Assembly (NCBI RefSeq): GCF_006345805.1
Contig: NC_042998.1
Span: 207,638,001-207,702,000, forward strand
DNA: 64,000 nt
From: Octopus sinensis
Lineage: Eukaryota
Reading direction: 5' to 3'
Shown: positions 26,060 to 38,439 of the stretch, piece by piece
How positions within the stretch are numbered: position 1 is the first letter of the stretch
Layout: every line of letters starts with the position of its first letter
The notes under the pieces: model-generated
Databases searched by the model: none
The model's input: only the letters and a program-made list of their open reading frames with translations
Told to the model about the DNA's origin: nothing
Made by a program: the position numbers and the translations under genes

Positions 26060-26592
26060 TGGAATAACAACAGAAAAAAGATGGTATAGGCACACACCAG
26101 AAAAGGTCTCAGAAAACGAGAAAGCAACCATACTCTGGGATATGCCAATACACACAGATAGAGAAATTAAGGCCAATAGGCCAGATATAGTTGTTAGAGA
26201 TCATGAAGGAAAAAAATGCTTTCTAATTAATGTATCAATACCAGCAGATGACAACATGTCTCTAAAAGAAATGGAGAAACTTTCGAAATACAAAGACCTG
26301 GAAATAGAGGTAACTAGAATGTGGAATCTAAAAACAGAAACAATTCCTATCATAGTAGGTGCATTAGGCATGATAAAAAAATATTCAGACAAATACATAA
26401 CAAAAACACCAGGACTTACAAACACATATAACATACAGAAAATTGCACTACTAGGCACTGCACACATCCTACGCAGAACACTTTCCATACAATAACCATC
26501 AGAGCATCACAACAAATCACAGCACATACCCAAGGGACACAGATCTGCGCTCGGTGGTGAAGTGAAAGCACGCTATAAAAATAAAACTACTG
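26060..26592 (+). mobile_element. R4/Dong-like LINE 3' fragment
   Basis: ILWDMPIHTDREIKANRPDIVV...KLSKYKDLEIEVTRMWNLKTETIPIIVGALG; (AAT)n on both flanks. Confidence 0.9.
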
Positions 26593-27179
26593 AATAATGA
26601 TGATGATGATAATAATAATAATATCGAAAAATACCTTAGGAATGAAAACCCAGGTTCAAAATTTCCCCAGGACACTTGATGAAGGCTGGAGGGTATATCA
26701 GCCAAAATGGTGTGTTTATCAACAAACAAGATGAGGACAAATATCCGTCAAATGTAAATAATGTAAATATAAAAGCAAAACCTCCACTTTGTGTTGGACA
26801 TAAAAATTGCCTTTTTGGTGTTAATACTGCTTTTGTTGATTTTTATTTTTATTTTTTTCTGTCTTGCAAGGTACTTGGTGACCCTGTCAGTGCAGGGGCC
26901 ACTTAAAAAGCATCCAGTCCACACTGTAAAGTGGTTGGAACTTGGAAGAGCATCCAGCTGTAAAAACCCTGCCAAGACAGAGACAGAAGTCTGGTGTAGG
27001 CTTCTGCCTGGCCGGCTCTTGTGACCGTCCCACCCATGCCAGCATGGAAAGAGGATGATAAACGATGGTGATGATGATGATGAAGCCTTCTGGCTGTTTG
27101 CTCCATCAGTGCCTGCAAAGACACTGGAATTCTGTTTGTCATTGACAGTGTGATTCAACTATTATGTCACTGCAGGACG

Positions 27180-27228
27180 TCTGTCTCTGAGGAGTCCCAA
27201 GCAGGGTGAAATCATGTGATCTGACAGA
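27180..27228 (+). ncRNA. Minimal type-I hammerhead-like motif
   Basis: UCUGUCU CUGAGGA GUCCC-AAGCA-GGGU GAAA UCAUGUGA UC UGACAGA; stem I UCUGUC/GACAGA, near-palindromic stem III, AUC triplet ending at 27221. Confidence 0.65.
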
Positions 27229-28239
27229 TCTGGGATCTATAGCAGATAGTTCTTGTCAGCCAATGGTATAAATATAAGGCGGCAAGCTGGCAGAAACGTT
27301 AGCACGCCAGACGAAATGCTTAGCGGTATTTCATCTGTCTTTACGTTCTGAGTTCAAATTCCGTTGAGGTTGACTTTGCCTTTCAACCTTTCGGGGATCA
27401 ATTAAATAAGTACCAGTTACGCACTGGGGTCGATATAATCGACTTAATCCGTTTGTCTGTCCTTGTTTGTCCTTTCTGTGTTTAGCCCCTTGTGGGTAGT
27501 AAAGAAATAGGTATAAATATGAGTGCTCTTATACCCCATGTGTCCATGTGAGAAGTCCTCTCTCTGAATAGATAACAGTATTTGGTGTTCTAACAAAACG
27601 TTGATAAAAATGAAAGGAGTTCCAATCCAAGTTGGTGGAATGCTAAGAACCTCAGCCTGGATGTCTTTTGGTAGTTGTTGCAGGTTTTTACATTCTGCGT
27701 TCAAATCCTACTAAGACCACCTTTGCCTTCCATTCTCTTGAGGTGGATAAAAAAAGGTACCATACCAAGGTAGTGGGTTGGTGGAACTATAAGAATCTCA
27801 CAGTAGATACCTTGTGGTATTTCTTCCGGTTCATGTGTTCTGAGTTCCAAAGCCACCATGGCCCACTGATGTAGTAGACTAAATCCAACACCCAGTGATA
27901 TTTGAACAAATTCTGGAGGCAAAGTGGCTGAGTTCGTTTTGAGCATTGGGCCCTCATGGAGGCAATGAATGAGATCTTTGGCATTAAGTCATGCTTGAGA
28001 AGAAGAACCATTGAGCTGAGCAAAATCACAGTCATAGCAGATACCAGTGTGAAACAAATGGCACCTGTGCTGGTGGCATGTAAAAGCACCTGTTACACTC
28101 TCAGAGTGGTTGGTGTTAGGAAGGGCATCCAGCCATAGAAACCATGCTAAATCAGACTGGAGTCTGGTGCAGCCTTCCAGCTTACCAGCCCTGGTCAAAC
28201 CGTCCAACCCATGCCAGCATGGACAATGGACATTTGGCA

Positions 28240-28700
28240 CTCAGCAGTTGCCAGTGCCGCTGGACTGACTCCTATGCAGGTGGCAAGTAAAGAAACACCG
28301 TTTCGACCCTGTGCTTGAGGAGATCCATTGAGTCAAGTACACCAACATCAAAAATCAATGGAAATTGTAGTTGTGATCCCTGTGCCGGTGGCACATAAAA
28401 AGCACCATCCAAATGTGGCCGATGCCAGCGCTGCCTTGACTGGCTTCCATGCCAGTGGCATGTAAAAAGCACCAACCAATCGTGGCCGTTTGCCAGCCCC
28501 CTCCGGCACCTGTGCTGGTGGTACGTAAAAAGCACCTACTACACTCACGGAATGGTTGGCGTTAGGAAGGGCATCCAGCTGTAGAAACATTGCCAGATCA
28601 GACTGGAGCCTGGTGCAGCCTCCTTGCTTCCCAGACCCCGGTTGAATGTTCCAACCCATGCTAGCATGGAAAATGGACGTTAAACAATGATGATGATGAT
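28240..28700 (+). mobile_element. Family E repeat (probably a LINE 3'UTR or SINE-like; more than 15 copies in the window)
   Basis: Repeated GTGCCGGTGGCACGTAAAAAGCACC modules, GGTTGGCGTTAGGAAGGGCATCCAGCTGTAGAAAC, ends in AAAC(GAT)n. Confidence 0.8.
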
Positions 28701-29660
28701 TTGTGAAGGTGTATAGCCAAGTGGTTAGGGCATTTCCCTCATGATAGTTAAGTCATAAATTCAATTCCCAGACCAAGCAGTGTATTGTGCTCTTGAGCAA
28801 AACACTTCATTTCATGTTGCCACAGTCCACTCAGCTGAAAACGGCTCACCCTGCAACAGACCAGGGGGTAATGTTGGCCTTCTCGCCTATCCAGTGGAAG
28901 TAGCATCATCATCATCGTTTAATGTCTGCTTTCCATGCTAGCATGGGTTGGACGATTTTGACTGAGGGCTGGTGAAGCAGATGGCTGCACCAGGCTTCAA
29001 TCTTGATCTGGCAGAGTTTCTACAGCTGGATGCCCTTCCTAACGCTAACCGCTCCGAGAATGTAGTGGGTACCTTTTACGTGCCACCGGCATGGGGCCAG
29101 CCAGGCGGTACTGGAAACGACCTCACCCGAATCTTTTTACACATGCCACTGGCACAGGTGCCAGTAAGGTGACGTTGGTAATGATCATGCTCGAATGGTG
29201 CCCTTTTATGTGCCACCGACACAGAGCCAGTTGGCTGCTCTGGCAACGATCATGTTTGGATGGTGCTCTTTGCACCCTACTAGCACGGGGCTTAAGTGCC
29301 AGTAAGGCGATGCTGGTAACGATCACGCTCAAATGGTGCCCTTTTATGTGCCACTGGCATGGAAGCTGGTTAGCTGCTCTGTCAACGATCATCCTTGTAT
29401 GGTGCACTTTGCACCCTGCTAGCATGGATGCCAGTCGTCGAATTTGATTTTGATTTCACTTGCCTCAACAGGTCTTTGCAAGCAGAATTTAGAAAGCTAA
29501 AAACAATGCCCAGCACATTTGGAACCAGTGATGTATAACATCGTCCGATTGTCTGGTCAGTTATGGGACTTGATCACACAATATTCTGATTTATGAAATA
29601 TGCAGTTAGGGGCCTAACCCCTGTTTCCGAATGCACTACAGAATACCTTTTTATTTGCAG

Positions 29661-29780
29661 GTGGGACTTTCAGGTGCCTTTCAATATTTTCTTCGACTGA
29701 ATCAACTGGCTTACCTACACAAGAAATATGATGTGTATTACAAGGACAAGGTAGTGAAGAAAGCTAACGAAGCCATAAAG
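29661..29780 (+). CDS. Exon 4 of SPFH/Band-7-like gene
   Basis: tttatttgcag| ... AAG|GTAAGT; 120 nt; VGLSGAFQYFLRLNQLAYLHKKYDVYYKDKVVKKANEAIK. Confidence 0.9.
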
Positions 29781-30578
29781 GTAAGTGAACTATTTAAAGG
29801 ACAAACCCATTACTTCTAATATCAGAAATGAATTGAGAGTTTTTACTGACTTATGATGGCGGTTCATTGTCTGATAAGACCACTGGCAGGTATGTAATGA
29901 TGATAGCCAGGTAAGGCTTTTGGTTGTCACGGATTTGAAGAGCATAACAAATGAAATGAACAGATTTCATGTTAGATATGTTTTTGTCATTCATTAACAC
30001 ATACACACACACGCACACAAGCACACATGTACACACACTATCACACACGTGCATACATATACACATGCCTGTATGTGTAAAATAATGTATAATAGTTAAT
30101 GATGTATACATATATATATATATATAATATATATATAATATATATATATAAAAAAAATATATATAATCTATCATACAATTATATAATAAAGCACCGTCTT
30201 AACGTGGCCGATGCCAGCGCTGCCTTGGCTGGCTTCCGTGCCGGTGGCACGTTAAAAGCACCAACCGATCGAGGCCGATGCCAGACCCCCCCTGGGACCT
30301 GTGCAGGTGGCACGTAAAAAGCACCCACTACACTCGTGGAGTGGTTGGCGTTAGGAAGGGCATCCAGCTGTAGAAACACTGCCAGATCAGACTGGTGTAG
30401 CCTCCCGGCTTCCCGGACCCCGGTCGAACCGTCCAACCCGTGCTAGCATGGAAAACGGACGTTAAACGATGATGATGATGATATATATATATATCATCTA
30501 CATCTTTATCTGTATATTTACCTTCCCTAAGATGTTATTACTTGATTTGAAAACTTATATTATTGGAAAACCTATATA

Positions 30579-30668
30579 AATTGGCTGAAGATTACTCAGC
30601 ATCTTAAATCTGGTGTAATATTTACAGCTTTTAATAAAATGTTGTAGTATGAAACAATTGTACCAAAT
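30579..30668 (+). ncRNA. Hammerhead-like motif with long stem II, degenerate; second copy at 31012-31098
   Basis: AAUUGG CUGAAGA ... GAAA C-AAUU-GUA CCAAAU; homologous to 62344-62434. Confidence 0.6.
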
Positions 30669-31485
30669 CACCGGAATCATTCTTATTGCTTATTTTTGAT
30701 TATAATCACCCCATAAATTTTTTATGGATAACACCATACAAAATTCTGGTGCATCTAAATTAAGTACCATATTCATTTGAATCTAAATTGTTGCTGATCT
30801 TATATATATATATCTATTATATATATATATATATATCAGCAAAACTCAGGGATAAAAAATCTGCAGATGGGGAAGAACCTTCTACTTGCCATGTTCTTTT
30901 GATAAAATTAACCTCCTCTGTCTATATAATATCTACTCTCTTTTGTAATGTGGCAAATGAATAAGTATAAAAAGGTACATTGTCTGTTTAAAATTAAAAA
31001 AATTCCTATATGTGGCTGAAGATTGCTCTACATTTTTTAAAACTGATGTAATACTTACATTGTTTAATAAAATGAAGTAGCATGAAACGATTGTACTACT
31101 CTAACCTTGGATATCCTTGTTGCTTATTTTGAGTTATATAAGCTATATATATATATATACACGCACAAGGAGCACTCTGTCGGTTATGACGACGAGGGTT
31201 CCAGCTGATATGATCATCGCAAAACAGCTTGCTTGTGAATTAAGTGCAAGTGGCTGATTACTCCACAGACACGTGTATACCCCTACGTATTTCGCAGGAG
31301 ATTCAACGTGACACAGATGTACAGGCTGCCCTTTGAATACTGTGTAACTCTCATTTTTGCCAGCTGAGTGGACTGGAGCAGTGAAATAAAGTGTCTTGCA
31401 CCAAGGACACAACGTGTTGGCAGGAATCGAACATCACGAACCTTACAATTGTGAGCCGAAGCCCCAACCACTAAGCCATGCGCCT

Positions 31486-31517
<32 letters not shown>

Positions 31518-31626
31518 TATATATTATATATATATATACACCACACACACATATAACTGTATATCTGTCTATGTAAATATCTCCCTCCCTCTGTCTCTCT
31601 CCGTCTCTCTCTCTCTCTCCTCTCTC

Positions 31627-31666
<40 letters not shown>

Positions 31667-33255
31667 CACACACACACACACACACCACATCTATATCTAT
31701 CTGTTTGTCTGTCTGTATAATAATAATAAAGGGTAAAATCATAAATGAGTTTTACCAAGTGGTCAGCGCGAAAATATAACCTCATAGGTAAATTCATATA
31801 AATATTTTATATATACATAATTATAACAAGGGCTTGGCTTGCACCTCACCAGCACTGAAAATAGACGTCAAGTCACTATTACCACCATAAATTTATAGTG
31901 GCAATACTGTCTTCTGACGTCTATTTTACAGTACGTGGTGAGGAGCAAGCCAAGCCCTTGTATAATTATGTATATAATTATAAAATATTTATATTATCTA
32001 TCTGTATATGTGTGTGTGTATGTATATATATATATATATCCGAATGTGTGTGATGCCAGCGCCGCCTTGACTGGCTTTTGTGCCAGTGGCACGTAAAAAG
32101 CACCAACCGATTGTGGCTGCTGCCAGCCTCCACTGGCACGTAAAAAGCACCCACTACACACATTGAGTGGTTGGCGTTAGGAAGGGCATCCAGCTGTAGA
32201 AACACTGCCAGATCAGACTAGAACCTGGTGCAGCCTCCTGGCTTCCAAGACCCCAGTTGAACCGTCCAACCCATGCCAGCATGGAAAACGGACTTTAAAT
32301 CCTTAAAAATGTTTTAGCCCGAAGGCCACGGCCATGCTGGGGCACCACCGCTCTCTACAGAACTTCTATGGAAATCAGAGCCAGCATTGTAAATTTCGAA
32401 ATTTCGTATCTGAATACGTCCATGTAAACAGTGCGATCGAAGGTAGAAGAATAGGTAACAAAGGGTGTATATCTATATACATTCTTGCACCTTCCTCAGC
32501 ATCAAATGCAACCTGTTGACCATCCATGAACACATTGTATAAAATAACCACTATTAGTTACAACAGATTACGTTCTGAGTTCAAATCCCGTGGAGATCAA
32601 GTTCGCCCGCTGCCTCTTCTGGACTGATCAAATAAATACCAGTCATGTACTGGTGTTACTGGTAGACACTAATCATTTCCTCTCCAAATTACTGGCCTAA
32701 ATTAAGAAAAAAAATTAATTAATAAAAGCAAAAACGTTTGGCTTTTCAAGGGAGAGAAGTTATTTTATGCAAATTACTTCCCTTGCATTATTTCAGGAAA
32801 TACATTTCGCGTTAATTTTCAGATGTCTCTTTTTAAATAACAATTGCTGCGTGGAAGGTGTTTATAAGCCATTTTAAAACACGCACAAAAACCGTTAGAT
32901 TCACTTGAACATTTAAATCTAATTTACCAAAATATTTTCGCCGCTTTTAGACCGCGACCTGTTCACTGGCAAAATTCTGTGCTGCTAAATTTTTGCCTTA
33001 TTACCTTGAGGTGAATGTCTGTTTCAGCAGTACTAAACTCTTTACTCTTTTACTCTTTTACTTGTTTCAGTCATTTGACTGCGGCCATGCTGGAGCACTG
33101 CCTTTAGTCGAGCAAATCGACCCCGGGACTTATTCTTTGTAAGCCCAGTACTTATTCTATCGGTCTCTTTTGCCGAACCGCTAAGTGACGGAGACATAAA
33201 CACACCAGCATCGGTTGTCAAGCAATGCTAGGGGGACAAACACAAACACACACAA

Positions 33256-33286
<31 letters not shown>

Positions 33287-34336
33287 CATATATACGACAG
33301 GCTTCTTTCAGTTTCCGTCTACCAAATCCACTCGCAAGGCATTGGTTGGCCCGGGGCTATAGCAGAAGACACTTGCCCAAGATGCCACGTAGTGGGACTG
33401 AATTATATGAACGAATTTGCCAAAACTACAACCATCTGAAATACATTTGTAACAGTCAGATAAACTTGATAATAGATACGGTAATCCCTCGCCATATCGG
33501 GGTTCACCCAATATATTTAAGCTTACGTCGATTCCTCCATGGAGTTGCTTTGCATTTATAATAAAATAAATCATCATCATCGTTTAACGTCCGCTTTCCA
33601 TGCTGGCATGGGTTGGATGATTTGACTGAGGTCTGGCATACCAGATGGCCGCACCAGGCTCCAGTCTTGATCTGGCAGTGTTTCTACAGCTGGATGCCTT
33701 TCCTAATGCCAACCACTCCGAGAGTGTAGTGGGTGCTTTTTACGTTCCACCGGCATGGGGGCCAGTCAGGTGGTTCTGGCAATGGCCACGGCCACGCTCA
33801 AATGGTGCTTTTTATGTGCCACCTTCACAGGAGCTAGTCCAGCGGCACTGGCAATGACCTCGTTCGAATGTTTTTTCACTTGCCACCAGCACAAGTGCCA
33901 GTAGGGTGACACAGGTAAAGATCACGCTCGAATGGTACTTTTTATGTGCCACCGGCACAGAAGCCAGGCAGCTGCTCTGTCAAAGATCACGCTCGGATGG
34001 TGCTCTTAGCGCTCCACTTGCACGGATGCCAGTCATCGAACTTGATTTCGATTTCACTTGTTTCAACAGGTCTTTTCAAGCAGAGTTTTGTGTCCAATTA
34101 TAAAAATGATTTTTCAAAATATACGATACAGTACTGTTTCTACTTTGTGGATTTTCCCGTATCACAGGGGAGTTTTGGAACATAACTACCACGATTGTCA
34201 AGGGGTTACTGTTTGGATAAATACTTTGGCAGACACTACATACCTGTAGACATTTCCACATATGCACCTCCATAGATATACAACAGGCTTCTTATAATTT
34301 TTGTTTACTCTATCAAAAAACAAACTTCTCTTTCAG

Positions 34337-34517
34337 AATGTTGTAACTGGTTTCACCACCCGAAGTGTCTTTAAAGAGCGAAAGAGATTGGAAGATGCAT
34401 TGTTGCTGGGTTTACAGACCACTCTTGGAGGTATTTGTTGCCATCAAGGCTGTATACAGCCTGAAATTGAAAATAATTCCACAAACGTTACCGTGACTGT
34501 GCCGCCAAGTGGGAATG
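34337..34517 (+). CDS. Exon 5 of SPFH/Band-7-like gene
   Basis: ttctctttcag| NVVTGFTTRSVFKERKRLEDALLLGLQTTLGGICCHQGCIQPEIENNSTNVTVTVPPSGN; phase-1 donor G|GTGAGA chosen to match exon 6. Confidence 0.82.
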
Positions 34518-34569
34518 GTGAGATCAGCAATGCATTTAGTCATTGATTTCTTAATTATTTTTATTATTA

Positions 34570-34600
<31 letters not shown>

Positions 34601-35418
34601 GTTTATTTTGTTTGTGTTTATTGATTTGTGTGAAGCCATGACTGAATCTGTTCACACAGTTGGATGAAGTCCTTACAACCCTGAACCGACTCGATTGAGC
34701 CTGTTTTCAGAGATGCATGATATTCCTATAACTACTAGCCAATGTTGTTGTTCATCATCATCATCATCATTATCATCATCATCATCATCATCATTTAGCA
34801 TCCGTTGTCTATGCTGGCATGGGTTGAATGGTTTGACCACAGCTGACAAGCTGGAAGGCTGCACTAGATTCCAGTCCGGTTTAGCATCATTTCTATGGCT
34901 CGATGCCTTTCCTAATGCCAACCACTCTGAGAGTGTAATGGGTGCTTTTACGTGCCACCGGCATGGGTGCCAATTTGCATGAAACTGGTATCTGCCACGA
35001 CTGCAATTTTGCTAGACTCAATGGGTCTTCTTCTGAAGTACGACATAGTACCAAAGATCTTGGTCATTGTGTCCATGTGGCCCAATGCTCGAAAGGAGCT
35101 TTTATATGCCACCAGCATTGGTGCCATTTGTGTGACACCAGTATCTACCGCAACTGTGGTTTTATTTGGCTTGAGCACAGCACAATGCCAAAGGTCTTGG
35201 TCATTGCCTCCGTGAGGCCCAACACTTGAAAAGAGCTTTTCACGTGCCACCAGCAACAGCCATTCGCCTCCATGAGGCCCAACACTCAAAAGGTGCCTTT
35301 TACGTGCCACTGGCACAGGTGTCAGTTACGTGACACTTAGCATCAGCCACAATTATGATTTCATTTGGCTTGAGGGGTCTTCTCAAGCACACCATATTGC
35401 CAGACAAACAAAATAAAA

Positions 35419-35814
35419 AGGTGCAGGAGTGGCTGTGTGGTAAGTAGCTTGCTAACCAACCACATAGTTCCGGGTTCAGTCCCACTGCGTGGCACCTTGG
35501 GCAAGTGTCTTCTACTATAACCTCGGGACGACCAAAGCCTTGTGAGTGGATTTGGTAGACGGAAACTGAAAAGAAGCCCGTCATATATATGTATATATAT
35601 ATGTGTGTGTGTGTCTGTGTTTGTCCCCCTAGCATTGCTTGAAAACCGATGCTGGTGTGTTTACGTCCCCGTAACTTATCAGTTCGGCAAAAGAGACCGA
35701 TAGAATAAGTACTGGGCTTACAAAGAATAAGTCCCGGGGTCGAGTTGCTTGATTAAAGGCGGTGCTCCAGCATGGCCGCAGTCAAATGACTGAAACAAGT
35801 AAAAGAGTAAAAGA
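35419..35814 (+). mobile_element. tRNA-headed SINE family B, full-length (others e.g. 14440-14815 on +; 33035-33400, 49435-49838 on -)
   Basis: Head AGGTGCAGGAGTGGCTGTGTGG...GGGTTCAGTCCC, internal (TA)n(TG)n, tail (AAGAGTAA)n. Confidence 0.9.
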
Positions 35815-36699
35815 GAGAGAGAGAGAGAGTTTCCTTGAGTAAAGTATAAAAATGTTGAATGCGTTACGATATCGTTTTATTCTTTTACTCGTTCCAGTCA
35901 TTTGCCCGTGGCCATGCTGGAGCACCGCCTTTAGTCGAACAAATTGAGCCCAGGACTTATTCTTTGTAAGCCTAGTTCTTATTCTATCAGTCTCTTTTGC
36001 TGAACTGCTAAGTTATGGGGATGTAAACAGACGAACATCTGTTGTCAAGCGATGTTGGGGGGACAAACACAGACACACACACATATACGATGGGCTTCTC
36101 TCAGTTTCCGTCTACCACATCCACTCACAATGCTTTGGTCAGCATAAGGCTTTAGTAGAAGACACTCAGCCGAGGTGTCATGCAGTGGGACTGAACCCAT
36201 AGTCATGTTGTTGAGAAGCAAACTTTTTACCACACAGCCATACCTGTGTCTATAGAGGAGAATTTTTTATTAACAGAAGTGGGAGTGCGGTAAGATGCTT
36301 CCTCCTCAACCATATGGTTCCAGGTTCAGTCCCACAGTGTGGCACCTTGGGCATGTGTCTTGTACTATAGTCTGAAACCAACCAAAGCCTTGTGAGTGGA
36401 TTCGGTAGACGGAAACTGAAAGAAGCCCCATCATATATATATATATATGTGTGTGTGTTTGTGTGTCTGTGTTTGTCCCCCTCCATCACTTGACAACTGA
36501 TGCTGACATGTTTACAGTCCCGTAACTTAGCGGTTTGGCAAAAGAGACTGATAGAATAAGTACTAAGCTTACAAACAATAACTCCTGGGATCGATTTGTT
36601 TGACTAAAGGTGGTGCTCCAGCATGGCCATAGTCAAATGATTGAAACAAATAAGAAAATAAAAGAATTTATCTATCTATTTATTTATTTATTTATTTAT

Positions 36700-37570
36700 T
36701 TTTACATTATTTACATTATTTACAGCTGTGGTCATGCTGGAGCACATTATTTACATTATTTACATTTGACGGATATTTGTCCTGATCTTGTTTGTTGTTA
36801 ACACAACGTTTCAGCTGATATACCCTCCAGCCTTCATCTGGTGTCTTGGAGAAATTTCGAACCTGGGTTCTCATTCCTAAGGTATTTTTCGATCATCATC
36901 ATCATCATCCTCCCCCTCCCCTACCCCCTTCATCCCCCCTCCTCCACCTCGGAATCTTAGGGTTAGTAGCCTGTGCTCTTAACCTCTACACCATATGTCC
37001 GAATTTGATTCCAGGCAGTGACCTGAATAATAATAATAATAATAATAATAACAACATCAAAAAATATCTTAGGAATGAGAACCCAGGTTCGAAATTTCTC
37101 CAAGACACCTGATGAAAGCTGGAGGTTATATCAGCTGAAACGTTGTGTTAACAACAAACAAGATGAGGACAAATATCCTTCATCATCATCATCATCATCA
37201 TCATTTAGCATCCGCTTTCCATGCTAGCATGGGTTGGACGGGTCAACTTGTGTCTGTGAAGCTGGAAGGCTTCGTCAGGCCCAGTCAGATTTGGCAGTGT
37301 TTCTACGGCTGGATGCCCTTCCTAATGCCAACCACTCCGCGAGTGTAGTAGGTGTTTTTTACGTGCCACCTGCACAGGTGCCAGACAGAGCTGGCAAACG
37401 GCCACGAACGGATGGTGCTTTTACGTGTCACCGGCACGGGGCCAGACAGAGCTGGCAAAAATAATGTAAATAATGTGCTCCAGCATGACCACAGCTGCAT
37501 GGCTGAAACGAGTAAAAGAGTAAAGATGTAAATAATGTAGGTAATTGCTCATCTCTTAAATATAGAACTG
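36700..37570. mobile_element. Family F inverted pair; right arm interrupted by a family E insertion (about 37180-37460)
   Basis: 36740-36890 is the reverse complement of 37058-37178; tail AATGTAAATAAT resumes at about 37460. Confidence 0.75.
37104..37149 (+). ncRNA. Minimal type-I hammerhead motif with intact core (family F)
   Basis: GACAC CUGAUGA A AGCUG-GAGGUUAUAU-CAGCU GAAA CGUU GUGUU; stem I GACAC/GUGUU; GUU triplet ending at 37144. Confidence 0.75.
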
Positions 37571-37590
37571 TGTTATTTCTTTTTGCTCAG

Positions 37591-37799
37591 ATTGCTTTGA
37601 GGGATGTAAACCAAGGAAGAACTGTACCGAAGCGGATTATGGGATGTTTGTTGATGTGCGTTACTTCCAACTGGGACCCGTGGATATCCCTGATGACCTC
37701 GATCAGAGTTTCTTGAATACGCTGGTTTTAAGGGCCAGTGCTGAAAGACAGAAGTATTTCCAGGCTGCGCAATTAGTCCGGAAGGAAACAGAACAGAAG
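37591..37799 (+). CDS. Exon 6 of SPFH/Band-7-like gene
   Basis: tttttgctcag| (D)CFEGCKPRKNCTEADYGMFVDVRYFQLGPVDIPDDLDQSFLNTLVLRASAERQKYFQAAQLVRKETEQK |GTAAAA. Confidence 0.88.
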
Positions 37800-37841
37800 G
37801 TAAAAACCAAATATTGGTTCTCAGACTTTCAGATCATCCTG

Positions 37842-37890
<49 letters not shown>

Positions 37891-38439
37891 CCACCACCAC
37901 CACCATCGTCACCACCACCATCGTCACCACCACCATCGTCACCACCACCATCGTCATCACCACCACCACCACCACCATCGTCATCACCACCATCATCACC
38001 ACCACCATCATCATCGTCATCACCACCACAACCATCATCGTCATCACCACCATCATCATCATCATCACCACCACCACCATCGTCATCACCACCACCACCA
38101 TCATCATCGTCATCACCACCACCATCATCAACCACCACCACCACAACCATCACCACCACCACCATCACCACCACTACCACCATCGTCACCACCACCACCA
38201 TCGTCACCACCACCACCATCGTCACCACCACCATCGTCACCATCACCACCACCACCATCACCACCACCACCACCATCACCACCACCACCATCATCACCAC
38301 CACCACCACCATCATTATCACCACCGCCACTATCATCATCATCACCACCATCATCATTGTCATCGTCATCATCATCATTAAATGTCCACTTTCCATGCTG
38401 GCATGGGTTGGATAGTCTGACAGGAGCTGGCAAGGCTCG

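Noticed and set aside
28378-28540. CRISPR-like repeat/spacer pattern in family E
   Set aside because: Eukaryotic context with no cas genes; spacers are mutually similar and fixed across copies, so this is an internal tandem repeat of a mobile element
37800-38381. Poly-I/T/H extension of the exon 6 ORF
   Set aside because: Intronic (CAT/CAC)n after the donor at 37800
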